From a bacterium (GTDB lineage: Bacteria > UBA8248), in assembly GCA_965219955.1 (NCBI GenBank), contig OZ244799.1:2048001-2112000 (forward strand): a stretch of 64,000 nucleotides of DNA, read 5' to 3'. The stretch's first letter is position 1. Each line of letters begins with the position of its first letter. A program made the position numbers and the translations under genes. The notes beneath the pieces were generated by a model. That model was not told the DNA's origin, ran no database searches, and saw nothing but the letters and a program-made list of their open reading frames with translations. Shown one piece after another: positions 28,398-38,649 of this stretch.

Positions 28398-30080
28398 TCA
28401 GGCGCCCGCATGGCGCGCCGCCGCCTCGCGCAATTCACCGGATATGGGAACCTTCTCGTGCACCGGCGCTCCGTCAGACCCCAGCGACACGTGGATATTC
28501 GCCAGCCAGTTCTCATCGTCCCGCTCGGGGAAATCCGATCTCGCATGCGCCCCCCGGCTTTCGGCGCGCATGGACATCGCGCCCAGCATCGCCTCCGCCG
28601 TCAGGCACATGAGCCTCGCCTGCGCGTGGCGCGAGACGAGCGAAGCGGCGGGCGTCATCGCCTCTATCCTCTCTTTTTGAGCGGCGATTCTCTGGGCTCC
28701 ATCCTGCAACGCATCTGAAGCCCGCTCGATGCCGCCTGCGGAGAACATGACGTCTCGAATCCCTTTCTCGATTTTATCGAGCTGCGCTTCACCCGCCTCA
28801 TCAACACCCCGCGCGCCCCCTTCATTCTCTTCGGGCGGCCCGCCCTCTCCTTCCACATGAGCCGCGGCCCGGCCCGCCCGGTCGCCCATGACGGCGCACA
28901 CGGTGAGGCCCCCGCTCGCCAGGCGATTCGCCCCGTGCAGGCCGCCGCCGTTCTCACCGGCGGCGAAGAGGCCTTCCACGTCCGTCCGCCCGTACGCGTC
29001 GATGAGCGCGCCGCCCATGCACGAGTGCGCGGCGGGAGCGATTTCTATCGGTTCCTTTCGCACGTCGAGACCCGCCGCCTCGAAATCATCGAGGATCTCG
29101 CCCATCACGTCTCTCAGCCCGCCATAGGACACCTTGGTCAAATCGAGATACAGGCCGCCGTTTTCCGTTCCGCGTCCCTCGACGATCTCGCGGTGCATCG
29201 CGCGGGAGAGAACGTCGCGCTTGGCGTGTTCCATATCATCCGGCGCATAGCGGGCCATGAACCGTTCGTCCAGGCTGTTCCGCAACCGCACTTCAGGAAA
29301 GGAAAGCGCCATGCCGCCCGAGTTCCTGCCCCGGAGCTGCGGCGGATGGGCCATCGCCGTCGGCGTGAACTGCACGAACTCCATGTCCCGCAACCGCGCC
29401 CCGGCGTCGAGCGCCGCCCCGTAGCCGACGCCGGCGACGCCCGGCGCGTTCGTGGTGATGGGGAACATCCCCCCCAAGCCGCCCATCGCGAGAACCGTGG
29501 CGCGCGCATGCGCCCGAAGAAGGGCTCCACTCCCCTCTTCCTGAAAATCCGCGCCCACGACCCTGCCGCCGCCGTCGCGCAGCACCCCGATGAAGGACAA
29601 ATCCTCCAGCACCCGCGCGCCGCACTGCGCGAGCCGCGCGCCCAGCACCATCATCATCCGGGGGCCTCCGCCCGGCACGCGCGCTCCCCGGGGGTAGGTG
29701 TGGCCGGGGAGTTTCGTGGGCGTCATCCGCCCGTTTTTCTCTAAAAAGGGAACCACGTAATCACGCAGACGCTCTATCGCCGCGCCCGACTCGGCCGCGA
29801 CCGCCCGCACCAGCGCGGGGTCGGACATGAACCACCCGCTGCGGAAATTATCCGCCACCATGGTTTCCACGGAATCTTCCGGCAGGGAGAAACCCTCCAG
29901 AATCGTTGCGAAAACGCCGCCCGCGCGCGCGGAATTGCCCGTCAGGCCGGCCTCGCCCTTCATGGCGATGCAGACGTCCGCCCCCTCCTCTCGCGCGGCC
30001 AGAGCGGCCAGCGTTCCGGCCAGCCCTCCGCCGACGACCAGCACGTCCGTTCGTATCTCTTCCACGATTCCTCCGAACAT
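28398..30080 (-). CDS. FAD flavoprotein of the SdhA/FrdA/NadB family
   Basis: GGGLAG, DMEFVQF.PT, AH..MGG, HGANRL, ESRGAH.R.DFP. Confidence 0.85.
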   Translation of the reverse strand: MFGGIVEEIRTDVLVVGGGLAGTLAALAAREEGADVCIAMKGEAGLTGNSARAGGVFATILEGFSLPEDSVETMVADNFRSGWFMSDPALVRAVAAESGAAIERLRDYVVPFLEKNGRMTPTKLPGHTYPRGARVPGGGPRMMMVLGARLAQCGARVLEDLSFIGVLRDGGGRVVGADFQEEGSGALLRAHARATVLAMGGLGGMFPITTNAPGVAGVGYGAALDAGARLRDMEFVQFTPTAMAHPPQLRGRNSGGMALSFPEVRLRNSLDERFMARYAPDDMEHAKRDVLSRAMHREIVEGRGTENGGLYLDLTKVSYGGLRDVMGEILDDFEAAGLDVRKEPIEIAPAAHSCMGGALIDAYGRTDVEGLFAAGENGGGLHGANRLASGGLTVCAVMGDRAGRAAAHVEGEGGPPEENEGGARGVDEAGEAQLDKIEKGIRDVMFSAGGIERASDALQDGAQRIAAQKERIEAMTPAASLVSRHAQARLMCLTAEAMLGAMSMRAESRGAHARSDFPERDDENWLANIHVSLGSDGAPVHEKVPISGELREAAARHAGA

Positions 30081-30769
30081 CAGGCAGCGGGATAAGGGAG
30101 CGGGTCGCGCTCCCCGATTTCCTCGAACCCCTTGCGCCTCAGGATGCAGGCGTCGCACGTACCGCAGGGCCGCCCGTCATCCAGCGGGTCGTAACAGGTG
30201 TGGGTGAGGGAAAAATCCACCCCCAGTTCCAGACCCTTGCGCGCGATGTCGGACTTCCGCATCGCGCTGAGCGGCGTATGAATCTCGAGCGGCGCGCCGC
30301 CCACGCCGGATTTCGTCGCCAGGCGCGCCATGTGCGCGTAGGCGTCTATGTATTCGGGGCGGCAGTCGGGATAACCCGAATAATCGAGCGCGTTCACCCC
30401 GATGAAGATGTCGTCAGCACCCTTCACCTCGGCCAGGGCAAGCGCATAGCTCAGGAAAATCGTGTTCCGCGCAGGAACGTAGGTTACCGGTATGCCTTCC
30501 CCGATGTCGTCGCGCTCCTTGGGCACTTCGATGTCGTCCGTGAGCGCGCTCCCGCCGATGGGGCGCATGTCGATGGACAAGACGGTGTGGCCGGACGCGC
30601 CGATTTGCTTCGCCACTTTCCGGGCGGCCTCCAGTTCGCAGCGATGCCTCTGCCCATAGTCGAAACTGAGCGCCTCGCAGGCGAATCCCTCCCCTTTCGC
30701 GATGGCCAGAACGACGGCGGAGTCCATGCCGCCGCTCAGGAGGACGACCGCCACTTTTTTCCCGTCCAT
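30080..30769 (-). CDS. queC: 7-cyano-7-deazaguanine synthase
   Basis: SGGMDS, YGQRH, TYVPARN, YPDCRPE, CY...CGTCDAC. Confidence 0.95.
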   Translation of the reverse strand: MDGKKVAVVLLSGGMDSAVVLAIAKGEGFACEALSFDYGQRHRCELEAARKVAKQIGASGHTVLSIDMRPIGGSALTDDIEVPKERDDIGEGIPVTYVPARNTIFLSYALALAEVKGADDIFIGVNALDYSGYPDCRPEYIDAYAHMARLATKSGVGGAPLEIHTPLSAMRKSDIARKGLELGVDFSLTHTCYDPLDDGRPCGTCDACILRRKGFEEIGERDPLPYPAA

Positions 30770-30870
30770 GCGCTGATTCCCGTCAATGAGCCGAGCGGAT
30801 GAGCCGTTCTGCGAAAAACCGCATAATAGGGTATTCTAGCGGTTCGGCAAAGGCGAAAGGCGTATTTCTC
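30752..30870. repeat. ~118-bp direct repeat, copy 1 (queC start plus divergent intergenic region)
   Basis: Near-identical to 31507-31624. Confidence 0.9.
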
Positions 30871-31097
30871 ATGTGCAGAAATGAAACTGACACGAAACAC
30901 CAAGTCCGGTATTTTCTCTATCTCTAAACCTCTAAATGTTGAGAAATCCATTGTGGGGTCCTTATTGGCCGAAGAATTCCTTTGACACCCGGTATTATCG
31001 CCATATAAATTTAGTTAAGAAATCTTGAGGCAGGAAAAAGGGAGTTGCATAAACAAATTTTTATCTTGGAAAATTTATCTGCCAAAGGAAATTCATC

Positions 31098-31409
31098 ATG
31101 TCTGTTTTGTCTATTTTGTTACTTGTGGCATTCGTAATCATGATTTTCTCAGCACTACACAAAATTGACCGTAAGAATTTCGAAGTGGCCGAATGCAAGG
31201 TGTCGGATAGTGCTCAAGAAGCCAATTGTTCCGCATTTCAAGGTAATCACCCTCAAAAATCTGAGCCAAATGAGTCCGAGAAAGCCGAAAAGAAAAAAAA
31301 GAAAGACTCGGACTTCAGTTACTATCATGCCATGCACGACACGAGTTCGAGCGCGCACCATGATTATGGCTCAAGCACCGTAGATTTGATCAATAGTTCC
31401 GACTGGTAG
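31098..31409 (+). CDS. Small membrane-anchored hypothetical protein in an AT-rich insert
   Basis: N-terminal hydrophobic helix; AAAGGA RBS; TTGACA-N16-TATAAA at 30982-31009. Confidence 0.55.
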   Translation: MSVLSILLLVAFVIMIFSALHKIDRKNFEVAECKVSDSAQEANCSAFQGNHPQKSEPNESEKAEKKKKKDSDFSYYHAMHDTSSSAHHDYGSSTVDLINSSDW

Positions 31410-31506
31410 TGCCGTACATTCACGCCGCAAACTGGTATGCTCTGATCAAGTAGTCTTGATGAAGATGCGCCTCATTTAAGTGAGTAAATGCGCTAATTCA
31501 ACTCAT

Positions 31507-31624
31507 CACTTTTTCCCGTCCATGCGCGAATTCCCGTCAATGAGCCGAGCGGATGAGCCGTTCTGCGAAAAACCGCATAATAGGGTATTCTAGCGGTTCG
31601 GCAAAGGCGAAAGGCGTATTTCTC
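31507..31624. repeat. ~118-bp direct repeat, copy 2
   Basis: Near-identical to 30752-30870. Confidence 0.9.
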
Positions 31625-31643
31625 TCAACCGGAGGAGCGGACA

Positions 31644-32444
31644 ATGCCGGTGGCGACGGTGAACGGCGTGAACCTCACATATACCGTGAATGGAGGCGGC
31701 GCGCCCCTGGTCGCGATGCACGGATTCGCCAACTCCATCTATACCTGGGAGCCGGTGATGGATGCGCTCGCCGGGCGCTTTCAGACTTTCGCGTACGATC
31801 ACCGCGGCCACGGGGGGTCGAGCAAGCGCCAGGGGCCCTTCGGGGTCGAGACTCTGGCCGGGGACCTGCTCGCGCTCTTGAACTTCTGGGGACTCGACAG
31901 GGTCCACCTCATGGGGCACAGCATGGGCGGACGGACCGCCCTGTTATTCGCCCTCGAGCACCCCGAGAGGGTCGACAGCCTGATGCTCGTCGCCTCATCC
32001 GCCGCCGCGCCCGAAGGAGAAATGAGGAGACGATTCGAACTCCTCCGGCAACTCTCGCTCGATGAGGGAATCGAGGCGGCCCTTGCGAGCGAGGGGATGC
32101 GGGCGACGCTGCCCCGGGACTACATCGACGGAGCGAGCGCGGAAGAATTCAGAAAGCGCTTTCTCAAGAACACCCCTGAGGATTACGCCGCGGCGGTGGA
32201 CGCCATCCTCGACACGCCGGATATGAGGGATCGCCTGGGTGAAATCCACGTCCCCACCTGGGTCTGCGTGGGCGAGGGAGACGCCGGGGCGATGGCATAC
32301 GGGGAGATGTTCGAAGAGCGAATCCCGGATTGCGTGAAAACGGTTATCCCCGCCTGCGGGCATTTTCCGATGCAGGATGCGCCCGAGGCTTTTTGCGCCG
32401 CGTTCGACGACTTCGTCGAGGCGGCGATAGATGCGGACTCATAA
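31644..32444 (+). CDS. Alpha/beta hydrolase (PcaD-like)
   Basis: HGF, DHRGHGGS, GHSMGG, GH. Confidence 0.9.
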   Translation: MPVATVNGVNLTYTVNGGGAPLVAMHGFANSIYTWEPVMDALAGRFQTFAYDHRGHGGSSKRQGPFGVETLAGDLLALLNFWGLDRVHLMGHSMGGRTALLFALEHPERVDSLMLVASSAAAPEGEMRRRFELLRQLSLDEGIEAALASEGMRATLPRDYIDGASAEEFRKRFLKNTPEDYAAAVDAILDTPDMRDRLGEIHVPTWVCVGEGDAGAMAYGEMFEERIPDCVKTVIPACGHFPMQDAPEAFCAAFDDFVEAAIDADS

Positions 32445-32455
32445 GGAGAACCCCC

Positions 32456-32857
32456 ATGACGCACGACGAGGCGCTGGCCTTCCTGAACGAACAGCACTAC
32501 GGCGTCCTGAGCACCCTGCTCGAGGACGGCAGATCGCACCCCACGCCCATCGTGTTCGATTACGCAGACGGCGTCGTCGAGATTTCGATGACGTGGAACC
32601 GCATAAAGGCCAGAAACCTCAAGCGCGACCCCAGGGCCACGCTTTGCGTGATGCCGCAGGACAGCTTTTATCCTTACCTCTGCGCGGAAGGAGAGACCGA
32701 ACTCGTCGAAGACCCCGACGGCACGAAAAACCTCGACCTCTACCGCCGCATCACCGGAAAGGACCCCGACGACCTCGACGAATACCTGCAAGCGATGAAA
32801 AACGAGAAGCGCCTCGTGGCGAGGCTGCACGTCACGCGGATGTATCCGATTGGGTGA
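32456..32857 (+). CDS. PPOX-class (putative F420-dependent) oxidoreductase
   Basis: LSTL..DG..H.TP, K.RNL.RDPRATL; AAGGAG RBS before ATG 32456. Confidence 0.85.
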   Translation: MTHDEALAFLNEQHYGVLSTLLEDGRSHPTPIVFDYADGVVEISMTWNRIKARNLKRDPRATLCVMPQDSFYPYLCAEGETELVEDPDGTKNLDLYRRITGKDPDDLDEYLQAMKNEKRLVARLHVTRMYPIG

Positions 32858-33865
32858 GTGAAGCGAAAAGGAGGGAAGACAATCAATCACTCACGCCGAT
32901 ACTCGACCACTTCTTTCCGAGAATATATGCAATCAGCAATTTTTGTTGTCGTATTGTCCATCCTTGTGTTGTCAGGTTGTCAGGTCCGTGAGGCTCCTAC
33001 AAAGCCTCGCGAAGAACGCAATTTCGTGGTCAATAAAACACCGGGCCGGGTCCTCCCCTCCATCTCCCTTTGGAATCTCGGGGTGCGCTACGGGAAGCTG
33101 GCTGTTTCAATCGATGGCGAAAGGCACGAACTCGAAACGCTTACCGTCACACCTCCCGGTAAAGGACCGTTTCCACTCGCGGTAATCTCACACGGGAACT
33201 CGCGCAACCAGAGGCGAGTCAAACTCATCAGGTACCAGACAATCGCGGAGGATTTCGCGGTGCGTGGTTACAAGGCGGTCGTCTTTGCTCGACGTGGGGC
33301 GGCATCCTCCACTGGAGACTACGTGGACAACATGTGGGGCTGTCGGCATTTCTATGCTGGGACAACCTCGGCGAAGGACTACGCCGCAGTCATTAAGGTA
33401 CTAAGAAGCCAACAGGATATCGATGGTTCGACCATAATCGCCGCCGGCCAATCAGGAGGTGGGTTCGCGGTACTGGCTCTCGCGTCGCGGCCACCCGCCG
33501 GACTCATCGGTGTCGTCAATTTCGCGGGCGGACGTGGTGGGAACCGGCATCCTGATGAATACAATTGCGATGAATTCGGTTTCGTCAACGCTTTCGCCGA
33601 GTTCGGCAAGACGGCGCGTATCCCTGCGCTTTGGCTCTATTCCACGACCGACCATTTCTTCTGGCCCGATCTGGTCAAACGAGCTTTTGCCGCCTATGCC
33701 AAAGGCGGTGCGCCGGTGCGTCTGGAGTGGTTCGGGCCGCTTTTGTACGCCGAGGACGGACACAGGCTGTACAGGGGTGAGGGGCAGTCTCTTTGGAGCC
33801 CGCGCATTGGCGCTTTTCTGAAAGACATTGGCGCGCTGAGCTGGAAGATTGGTCCTGGCGGTTAA
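32858..33865 (+). CDS. Dienelactone hydrolase-like exported alpha/beta hydrolase
   Basis: PFPLAVISHG, GQSGGG, NFAGGRG, DGH; lipobox LSGC (start probably MQSAIF at 32927). Confidence 0.8.
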   Translation: MKRKGGKTINHSRRYSTTSFREYMQSAIFVVVLSILVLSGCQVREAPTKPREERNFVVNKTPGRVLPSISLWNLGVRYGKLAVSIDGERHELETLTVTPPGKGPFPLAVISHGNSRNQRRVKLIRYQTIAEDFAVRGYKAVVFARRGAASSTGDYVDNMWGCRHFYAGTTSAKDYAAVIKVLRSQQDIDGSTIIAAGQSGGGFAVLALASRPPAGLIGVVNFAGGRGGNRHPDEYNCDEFGFVNAFAEFGKTARIPALWLYSTTDHFFWPDLVKRAFAAYAKGGAPVRLEWFGPLLYAEDGHRLYRGEGQSLWSPRIGAFLKDIGALSWKIGPGG

Positions 33866-34040
33866 ACCCAACAAAATTTGATCGTCACGACTTTCGGCAA
33901 GGAGAGGCGCTGCAATTATATCTCGAACATCCGGCGCGAAGACGTGAAACGGCTGCTGCGCGAGCAACTGAAGCGATTCGAAGCCCACGGAAACCAGGAG
34001 AAAGAAACTGCGGAATCTACGGCTGAAGGCATTCGCATCC

Positions 34041-34931
34041 ATGCTCGTTTTTGCATTCGCATTCTGGGGCTGCGGCGGGGATACGGCGAGCATCCCACCC
34101 GCCGGCACCCCGATGGTGACGCCAGACCAGGCGGCCCCCGGCGACGGCAGGCTGACCGCTGTAATACGCGGAATCAGGCTGGCCGTCTTCACGCATCGGC
34201 CCGAAGGCTGCAAGCCCCGGGGCTTGTTGTTCATCTTTCACGGGGCAAATCGAAATGCCGCTGACTATCGCAGTTGGGCGCGCCCCTTTGCCGGGCGCGT
34301 CTGCCTGATCGTTTTCGCGCCTCGCTTTGAGCGCGATCGTTTCAGGAACTGGCAATATCAGAGGGGCGGCATTGCCCTCCGTCAGATTCCGCAGTCGCCC
34401 GATGACTGGACGGTTTCCCTTGTGGCTGGCTTGGTGAGATGGGCGCTTGCGCGGGAAGACGGCGAAGCGATGCCCGTCTTTTTGTTCGGCCATTCCGCAG
34501 GCGCGCAATTCCTATCGCGCGTCGCCGCCTATGCGCCCCCGCCTGGCGTCCGCAGATTCGTCATCGCCAATCCATCAAGCCACGTCTGGCCCTCGCTCAA
34601 AGAGGCCATCCCTTACGGCTTCGGCGGATTCCCCGCGTGGTTTCCGGAAGCGCGCCCATCGCTCAAGCGATATCTGCGCCTGCCCGTGACCATCTACATC
34701 GGATCGGAAGATACAGGATCGCGCCTCCTCAGCCGTGCCCCGGCGGCAGCCCGGCAGGGCGTGAACCGCTTCCATCGGGGCGAGAATGTCTTCTACGCCG
34801 CGCGGGCGCTGGCGCGGAAAAATGGCTGGGCTTTTAACTGGAAGCTGGTCATCGCCCTTGAGGTAGGCCATTCGACGCGGCGCATGCTGGGGGCCTTCGA
34901 AGTCATGGACGCCTTCGGGCTGGAAGAATGA
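34041..34931 (+). CDS. Exported alpha/beta hydrolase
   Basis: FHGANRNA.DY, FGHSAGAQF, ANPS, VGH. Confidence 0.75.
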   Translation: MLVFAFAFWGCGGDTASIPPAGTPMVTPDQAAPGDGRLTAVIRGIRLAVFTHRPEGCKPRGLLFIFHGANRNAADYRSWARPFAGRVCLIVFAPRFERDRFRNWQYQRGGIALRQIPQSPDDWTVSLVAGLVRWALAREDGEAMPVFLFGHSAGAQFLSRVAAYAPPPGVRRFVIANPSSHVWPSLKEAIPYGFGGFPAWFPEARPSLKRYLRLPVTIYIGSEDTGSRLLSRAPAAARQGVNRFHRGENVFYAARALARKNGWAFNWKLVIALEVGHSTRRMLGAFEVMDAFGLEE

Positions 34932-35133
34932 TGAAGATGCTGGAGTCATAAATTTTTTCTTGAGCCTGACGGATGATTCCAGCGCAAGACGACAATCGAG
35001 ATTTCCGCTCGAGTGTCCATCAACCTCGATAGTCGTTCCCACTGAAAATGCGACTGACAAACCCATCCACGCCAACTTGCTTCCCGTTCGTGCTATAATT
35101 CCAAGTGAATCCACCACTCAAGGAGGACCTTTC

Positions 35134-35448
35134 ATGGCCGTTACCGCAGTTGTCAATTTCGCGCTTCCCGAAGGAAAGACCGAGGAGGAGCTGGTTGCCG
35201 GTTTCGAGAGTTCGACGACTCTCTACCGCGACGTGCCCGGCCTATTGCGCAAATACTACCTGCTGTCCGAGGACCGTCGGACGGGTGGCGGGGTCTATAT
35301 CTTCGAGACGCGCGCCGACGCCGAGCGGGTCCACGACGAGGTGTGGCGCGCCCGGCTGCGCGAGCGCATGGGCGTCGAGCCCGACGTCCGGTACTTCGAC
35401 TCGCCCGTCATCGTCGACAACGAAGCCAGGGCCGCTTCGACCGCATAG
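35134..35448 (+). CDS. YdhR-like dimeric alpha/beta-barrel protein, paralog 1
   Basis: VPGLLRKYY, GGVY.FE; AGGAGG RBS. Confidence 0.85.
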   Translation: MAVTAVVNFALPEGKTEEELVAGFESSTTLYRDVPGLLRKYYLLSEDRRTGGGVYIFETRADAERVHDEVWRARLRERMGVEPDVRYFDSPVIVDNEARAASTA

Positions 35449-35460
35449 GGAGGACGCTTC

Positions 35461-35778
35461 ATGGCCGTCACCGCAATCGTTCGCTTCGCGCTTCCCGAGG
35501 GAAAAACGCAAGAAGATATGGCCGCGGCCTTCGAGCACTCGGCCCCTCTCTACCGCGACGTGCCGGGCCTGGTGCGCAAATACTATCTGGTCTCGGACGA
35601 CGTGCGCACCGGGGGCGGGGTCTATCTGTTCGAGTCGCGCGAAGACGCCGAGCGGCTCTACGACGACGCCTGGCGCGCCGGGCTGCGCGAGCGTTTGGGC
35701 GTCGAGCCCACGGTCGAGTACTTCACCTCGCCCGTCATCGTGGATAACGAGATAGGGGCCATCTCCACGGCATCCTAG
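35461..35778 (+). CDS. YdhR-like dimeric alpha/beta-barrel protein, paralog 2
   Basis: Collinear tandem duplicate of the preceding gene. Confidence 0.85.
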   Translation: MAVTAIVRFALPEGKTQEDMAAAFEHSAPLYRDVPGLVRKYYLVSDDVRTGGGVYLFESREDAERLYDDAWRAGLRERLGVEPTVEYFTSPVIVDNEIGAISTAS

Positions 35779-35971
35779 CAGCCATCAGGACAGGCACGGA
35801 GGCCTCGGACAGGCACAGGGGCCTGTCCGCTACGGGCTCCTCACGCCGCCGCCGGACGCATAGCGGGCCTCTTCAAAAGCCCCCCTTCGGGCGTGTCGAT
35901 GAGGCGGAAAGAAGGCGTTCGCTCGCTCATGTTCCACCTGGTGGAATGACCGCAAAAAACCGGGAGCCTGT

Positions 35972-36583
35972 ATGATCGGCGTCAACGCGCTGACGCTCTA
36001 TCTCGCCTTCGTGGTGTTCGCCGTGGGCGGTAAAATCGCTCTTCACTACCTGGCCACCGGCGATCTCGGCATACGGACGCTGAAGCGAAACTCTCCGAGA
36101 ATCGCCAAGTATACGAGCATCCTTATCCTCGCGTCATTCGCAGCTACGTTCCTCATCTCCCTGCTCGACGCCGCCGGAGAGCTTCGTCCGCAAATCGATC
36201 CCGGCGAGCCGGGGAGATCGCTCGGCGCGACTATTTCGCTTGCCGGAATCACGGTCATGGTGATTGCGCAATACCAGATGGGAACCGCGTGGAGGTTCGG
36301 CGTCGACCAGGCCGAGAAAACCGATTTGGTGACGGGTGGCCTCTACGCCCTCGTCAGGAACCCGATCTACAGCGGCGTGTTCCTGTTCTGCGCCGGCATG
36401 CTGGTGTTGTTCCCGCACATATACATGCTGATTTACCTCGCCACGGCCTGGATGGGCATCGAGTTGCAGGTGCGCCACGTCGAGGAGCCGCATCTTCGGA
36501 ACCTTCACGGCGCCGTTTACGAGAAATACAGCGAGCAGACCGGTCGATACCTCCCGAGTCTTACACGCAAATCCGGGCGATAG
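35972..36583 (+). CDS. Isoprenylcysteine carboxyl methyltransferase family membrane protein
   Basis: QMGTAWR.G, LVTGGLY..VRNPIY, EE..L...HG..Y..Y. Confidence 0.88.
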   Translation: MIGVNALTLYLAFVVFAVGGKIALHYLATGDLGIRTLKRNSPRIAKYTSILILASFAATFLISLLDAAGELRPQIDPGEPGRSLGATISLAGITVMVIAQYQMGTAWRFGVDQAEKTDLVTGGLYALVRNPIYSGVFLFCAGMLVLFPHIYMLIYLATAWMGIELQVRHVEEPHLRNLHGAVYEKYSEQTGRYLPSLTRKSGR

Positions 36584-36927
36584 GGGGTTGTTGACAAAGC
36601 CCTTGTAGAGCGACTTTGGTTGAGCGCACGTTTTTGCAGTTCACTCCCCCCTTGAGGGTCTGGCTTCCCGAGGGGAAAGCCAGACGATGAAGCCGAGCGG
36701 TTTTTGCGAAGGCTGAATCGGTGGGGGGTAAAATGCGTTTTATCGCCATTCCGAATTATCCCCCCACCGAATCGCTTTCGGGCTTACGCCCTCAGCTCTT
36801 CGACTCCCCCTCAAGGGGGAGTGATTCTCTTCTCTCTCGTCGGGTTGGCAATGTGTTCAAGGGAGAAATCCGCAGCCGCGCCAGCGGTAATCGATGCCGA
36901 GAGAGAAGGAACTTTTTCAACAACCCC
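36584..36927. mobile_element. MITE (TSD GATAG) inserted at a stop codon
   Basis: GGGGTTGTTGACAAA ... TTTTTCAACAACCCC; GATAG at 36579-36583 and 36928-36932. Confidence 0.8.
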
Positions 36928-36940
36928 GATAGATATCGAT

Positions 36941-37756
36941 TCAACCCACGAGCGCTTCGAGGCGCGCGCGGATTTCAGGGGGAAGCGCACCGCTGCCCGA
37001 CGCCGCCGCGTTCTCGCTCATGCGGCCCGCCCTGCCTGTGGCGGGAATGACGCTGGAGACTCTTTCGTCCGCCAGCAGGTATTTCAGGAGCGCCTGCCCC
37101 GGCGTCCCCGAATGATGGGCTTTCAGTTCCGGCATGCGGGCGATACTGCCCCTGGAACCAAGCAGGCCGGATTCTAAGTGACTGAAAGGCCGCATGACGA
37201 TCACGCCCAGGCCCATCTCCCGCGCCAGGGGCAGAACCTCCTCGCGGCACGTCACCTCGCCCAGATAGTAGGGGATCTGGATAGCGTCGTACGCCCCCGT
37301 CTTCATGGCTTCGATGAGTTCGGGGTAATTCTCCGGTCGCCTGTCGGTGATTCCCAGATGGCGGATTCTCCCCTCTTCTTGAAATTCCTGCATCACGGGC
37401 GTCACCTCGCGCCAGCCCGCCATGTTGTGAATCTGCAGGAGGTCTATCACGTCCGTCCGCAGGCGTCTGAAGGAACGCTCGATGCTCGCGCGGGCCGCCG
37501 ATGCGCTCGACTCCCACACCTTGGTCGCCAGGACGATCTCATCCCGGCTCCCGGCCAGCGCATCTCCGATCACCCGCTCGGATTCCCCGTAGATGGGTGC
37601 TGTGTCGAAGAAATTGATCCCGCAATCCAGGCATTCCCGGACGATCCCGACGCACCGGGCGGGCTCGCTCTTCGCCATGTGCATGAAATTGTGCGAAGTG
37701 CCGAGGCCGATCTCGCTCACCTCAAGCCCCGTCCTGCCCAGAATACGGTAGTTCAT
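36941..37756 (-). CDS. Aldo/keto reductase
   Basis: LGRTGLEVSEIGLG, DTAPIYG, LATK, DLLQIHN. Confidence 0.92.
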   Translation of the reverse strand: MNYRILGRTGLEVSEIGLGTSHNFMHMAKSEPARCVGIVRECLDCGINFFDTAPIYGESERVIGDALAGSRDEIVLATKVWESSASAARASIERSFRRLRTDVIDLLQIHNMAGWREVTPVMQEFQEEGRIRHLGITDRRPENYPELIEAMKTGAYDAIQIPYYLGEVTCREEVLPLAREMGLGVIVMRPFSHLESGLLGSRGSIARMPELKAHHSGTPGQALLKYLLADERVSSVIPATGRAGRMSENAAASGSGALPPEIRARLEALVG

Positions 37757-37965
37757 ATCGCTCCTCATCGATGGTGGTTTCGAGTCTTTCACGGGACGAA
37801 GCCTTCTGCGCCCCAAGTAATCCGAGGTGCTCCCTTCACCAATCATGAACCGCACTCACGATAGTGGGGAAACCATCACCAGAGATGCGGTGAAAGTGAT
37901 ATTACAAACGCGGTGAAAGTGTTAATAGACGCCTGGGCAAAGTAGTCATTCGGCGCGCTCCCCCC

Positions 37966-38649
37966 TCACCCCGCCGCTCTCGCCAGAATCTCGCGGTAAC
38001 CCTCGTAGACCGCCTCCCCGTAGGCGGGCGGGGCGTGGACTTCGGTGAGCTTGCCGTCCTCTATCGTCTTGTCCGACGCGTAGGGGTTGAAGACGGCCTC
38101 TCCGCTCGGGAAGATGAGGGTGGGGCTCGTCATCGGCATGCCCTCTTCGTCCCTCAGGCGCATGGCTTCTCGATAGTCGACCATCACGCCCTCCGCGTAT
38201 GCGCCCGATTCCAGGTCCGCGCCCACTTTCGAGCCGTCGAGGCCCGCTTCTTCGGCCATCCCGCAAAGCACCTCGTCCTCATCCACGCGGCGTCCATCGT
38301 AGAAAAACCCTCGCCTGATATCGAGGTCGTAGACGCGCGCTTTCTCCGGGTCTTGCGCATAGGCGCTCGCGTAGGCCTGAAAGGCGCGTATGGTGGTGCG
38401 CAGGTATTCCTCGTGCGGCCAGCTTCTGCACGGGGAGAGCGGCTCCTGAACGGCTATCAGGGGCCATTCCTGGTCCACGATGTAGCGCGGCGCCGGGCGG
38501 TCGTTGATGACCTCCAGCGGGAACGCGCGCCATTTGAGATGCAGCCTGCCTTCGAACTCGGGCATCACCTTGTCCAGCCGCGCCGCGGCCATGTACGCCC
38601 AGGGTCAGTGGTATTCGTGAAATATCTCGACAACCGCCGCATCCGCCAT
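37966..38649 (-). CDS. DsbA/FrnE-like thioredoxin-fold protein, probable selenoprotein (UGA 38605-38607, U-P-W-A), 227 aa
   Basis: MADAAVVEIFHEYH-U-PWAYMAAARL, in frame with track ORF 37966-38592 (WRAFPLE, SPTL). U sits at the C-P-W position; GAGGG RBS. Confidence 0.8.
38575..38591 (-). promoter_or_regulatory. Candidate SECIS hairpin
   Basis: TGGCCGC-GGC-GCGGCTG; loop G 21 nt after UGA. Confidence 0.55.

Noticed and set aside
30770-30870. preQ1 riboswitch upstream of queC
   Set aside because: No recognisable preQ1 stem plus A-rich tail by eye; an Rfam scan would be needed.
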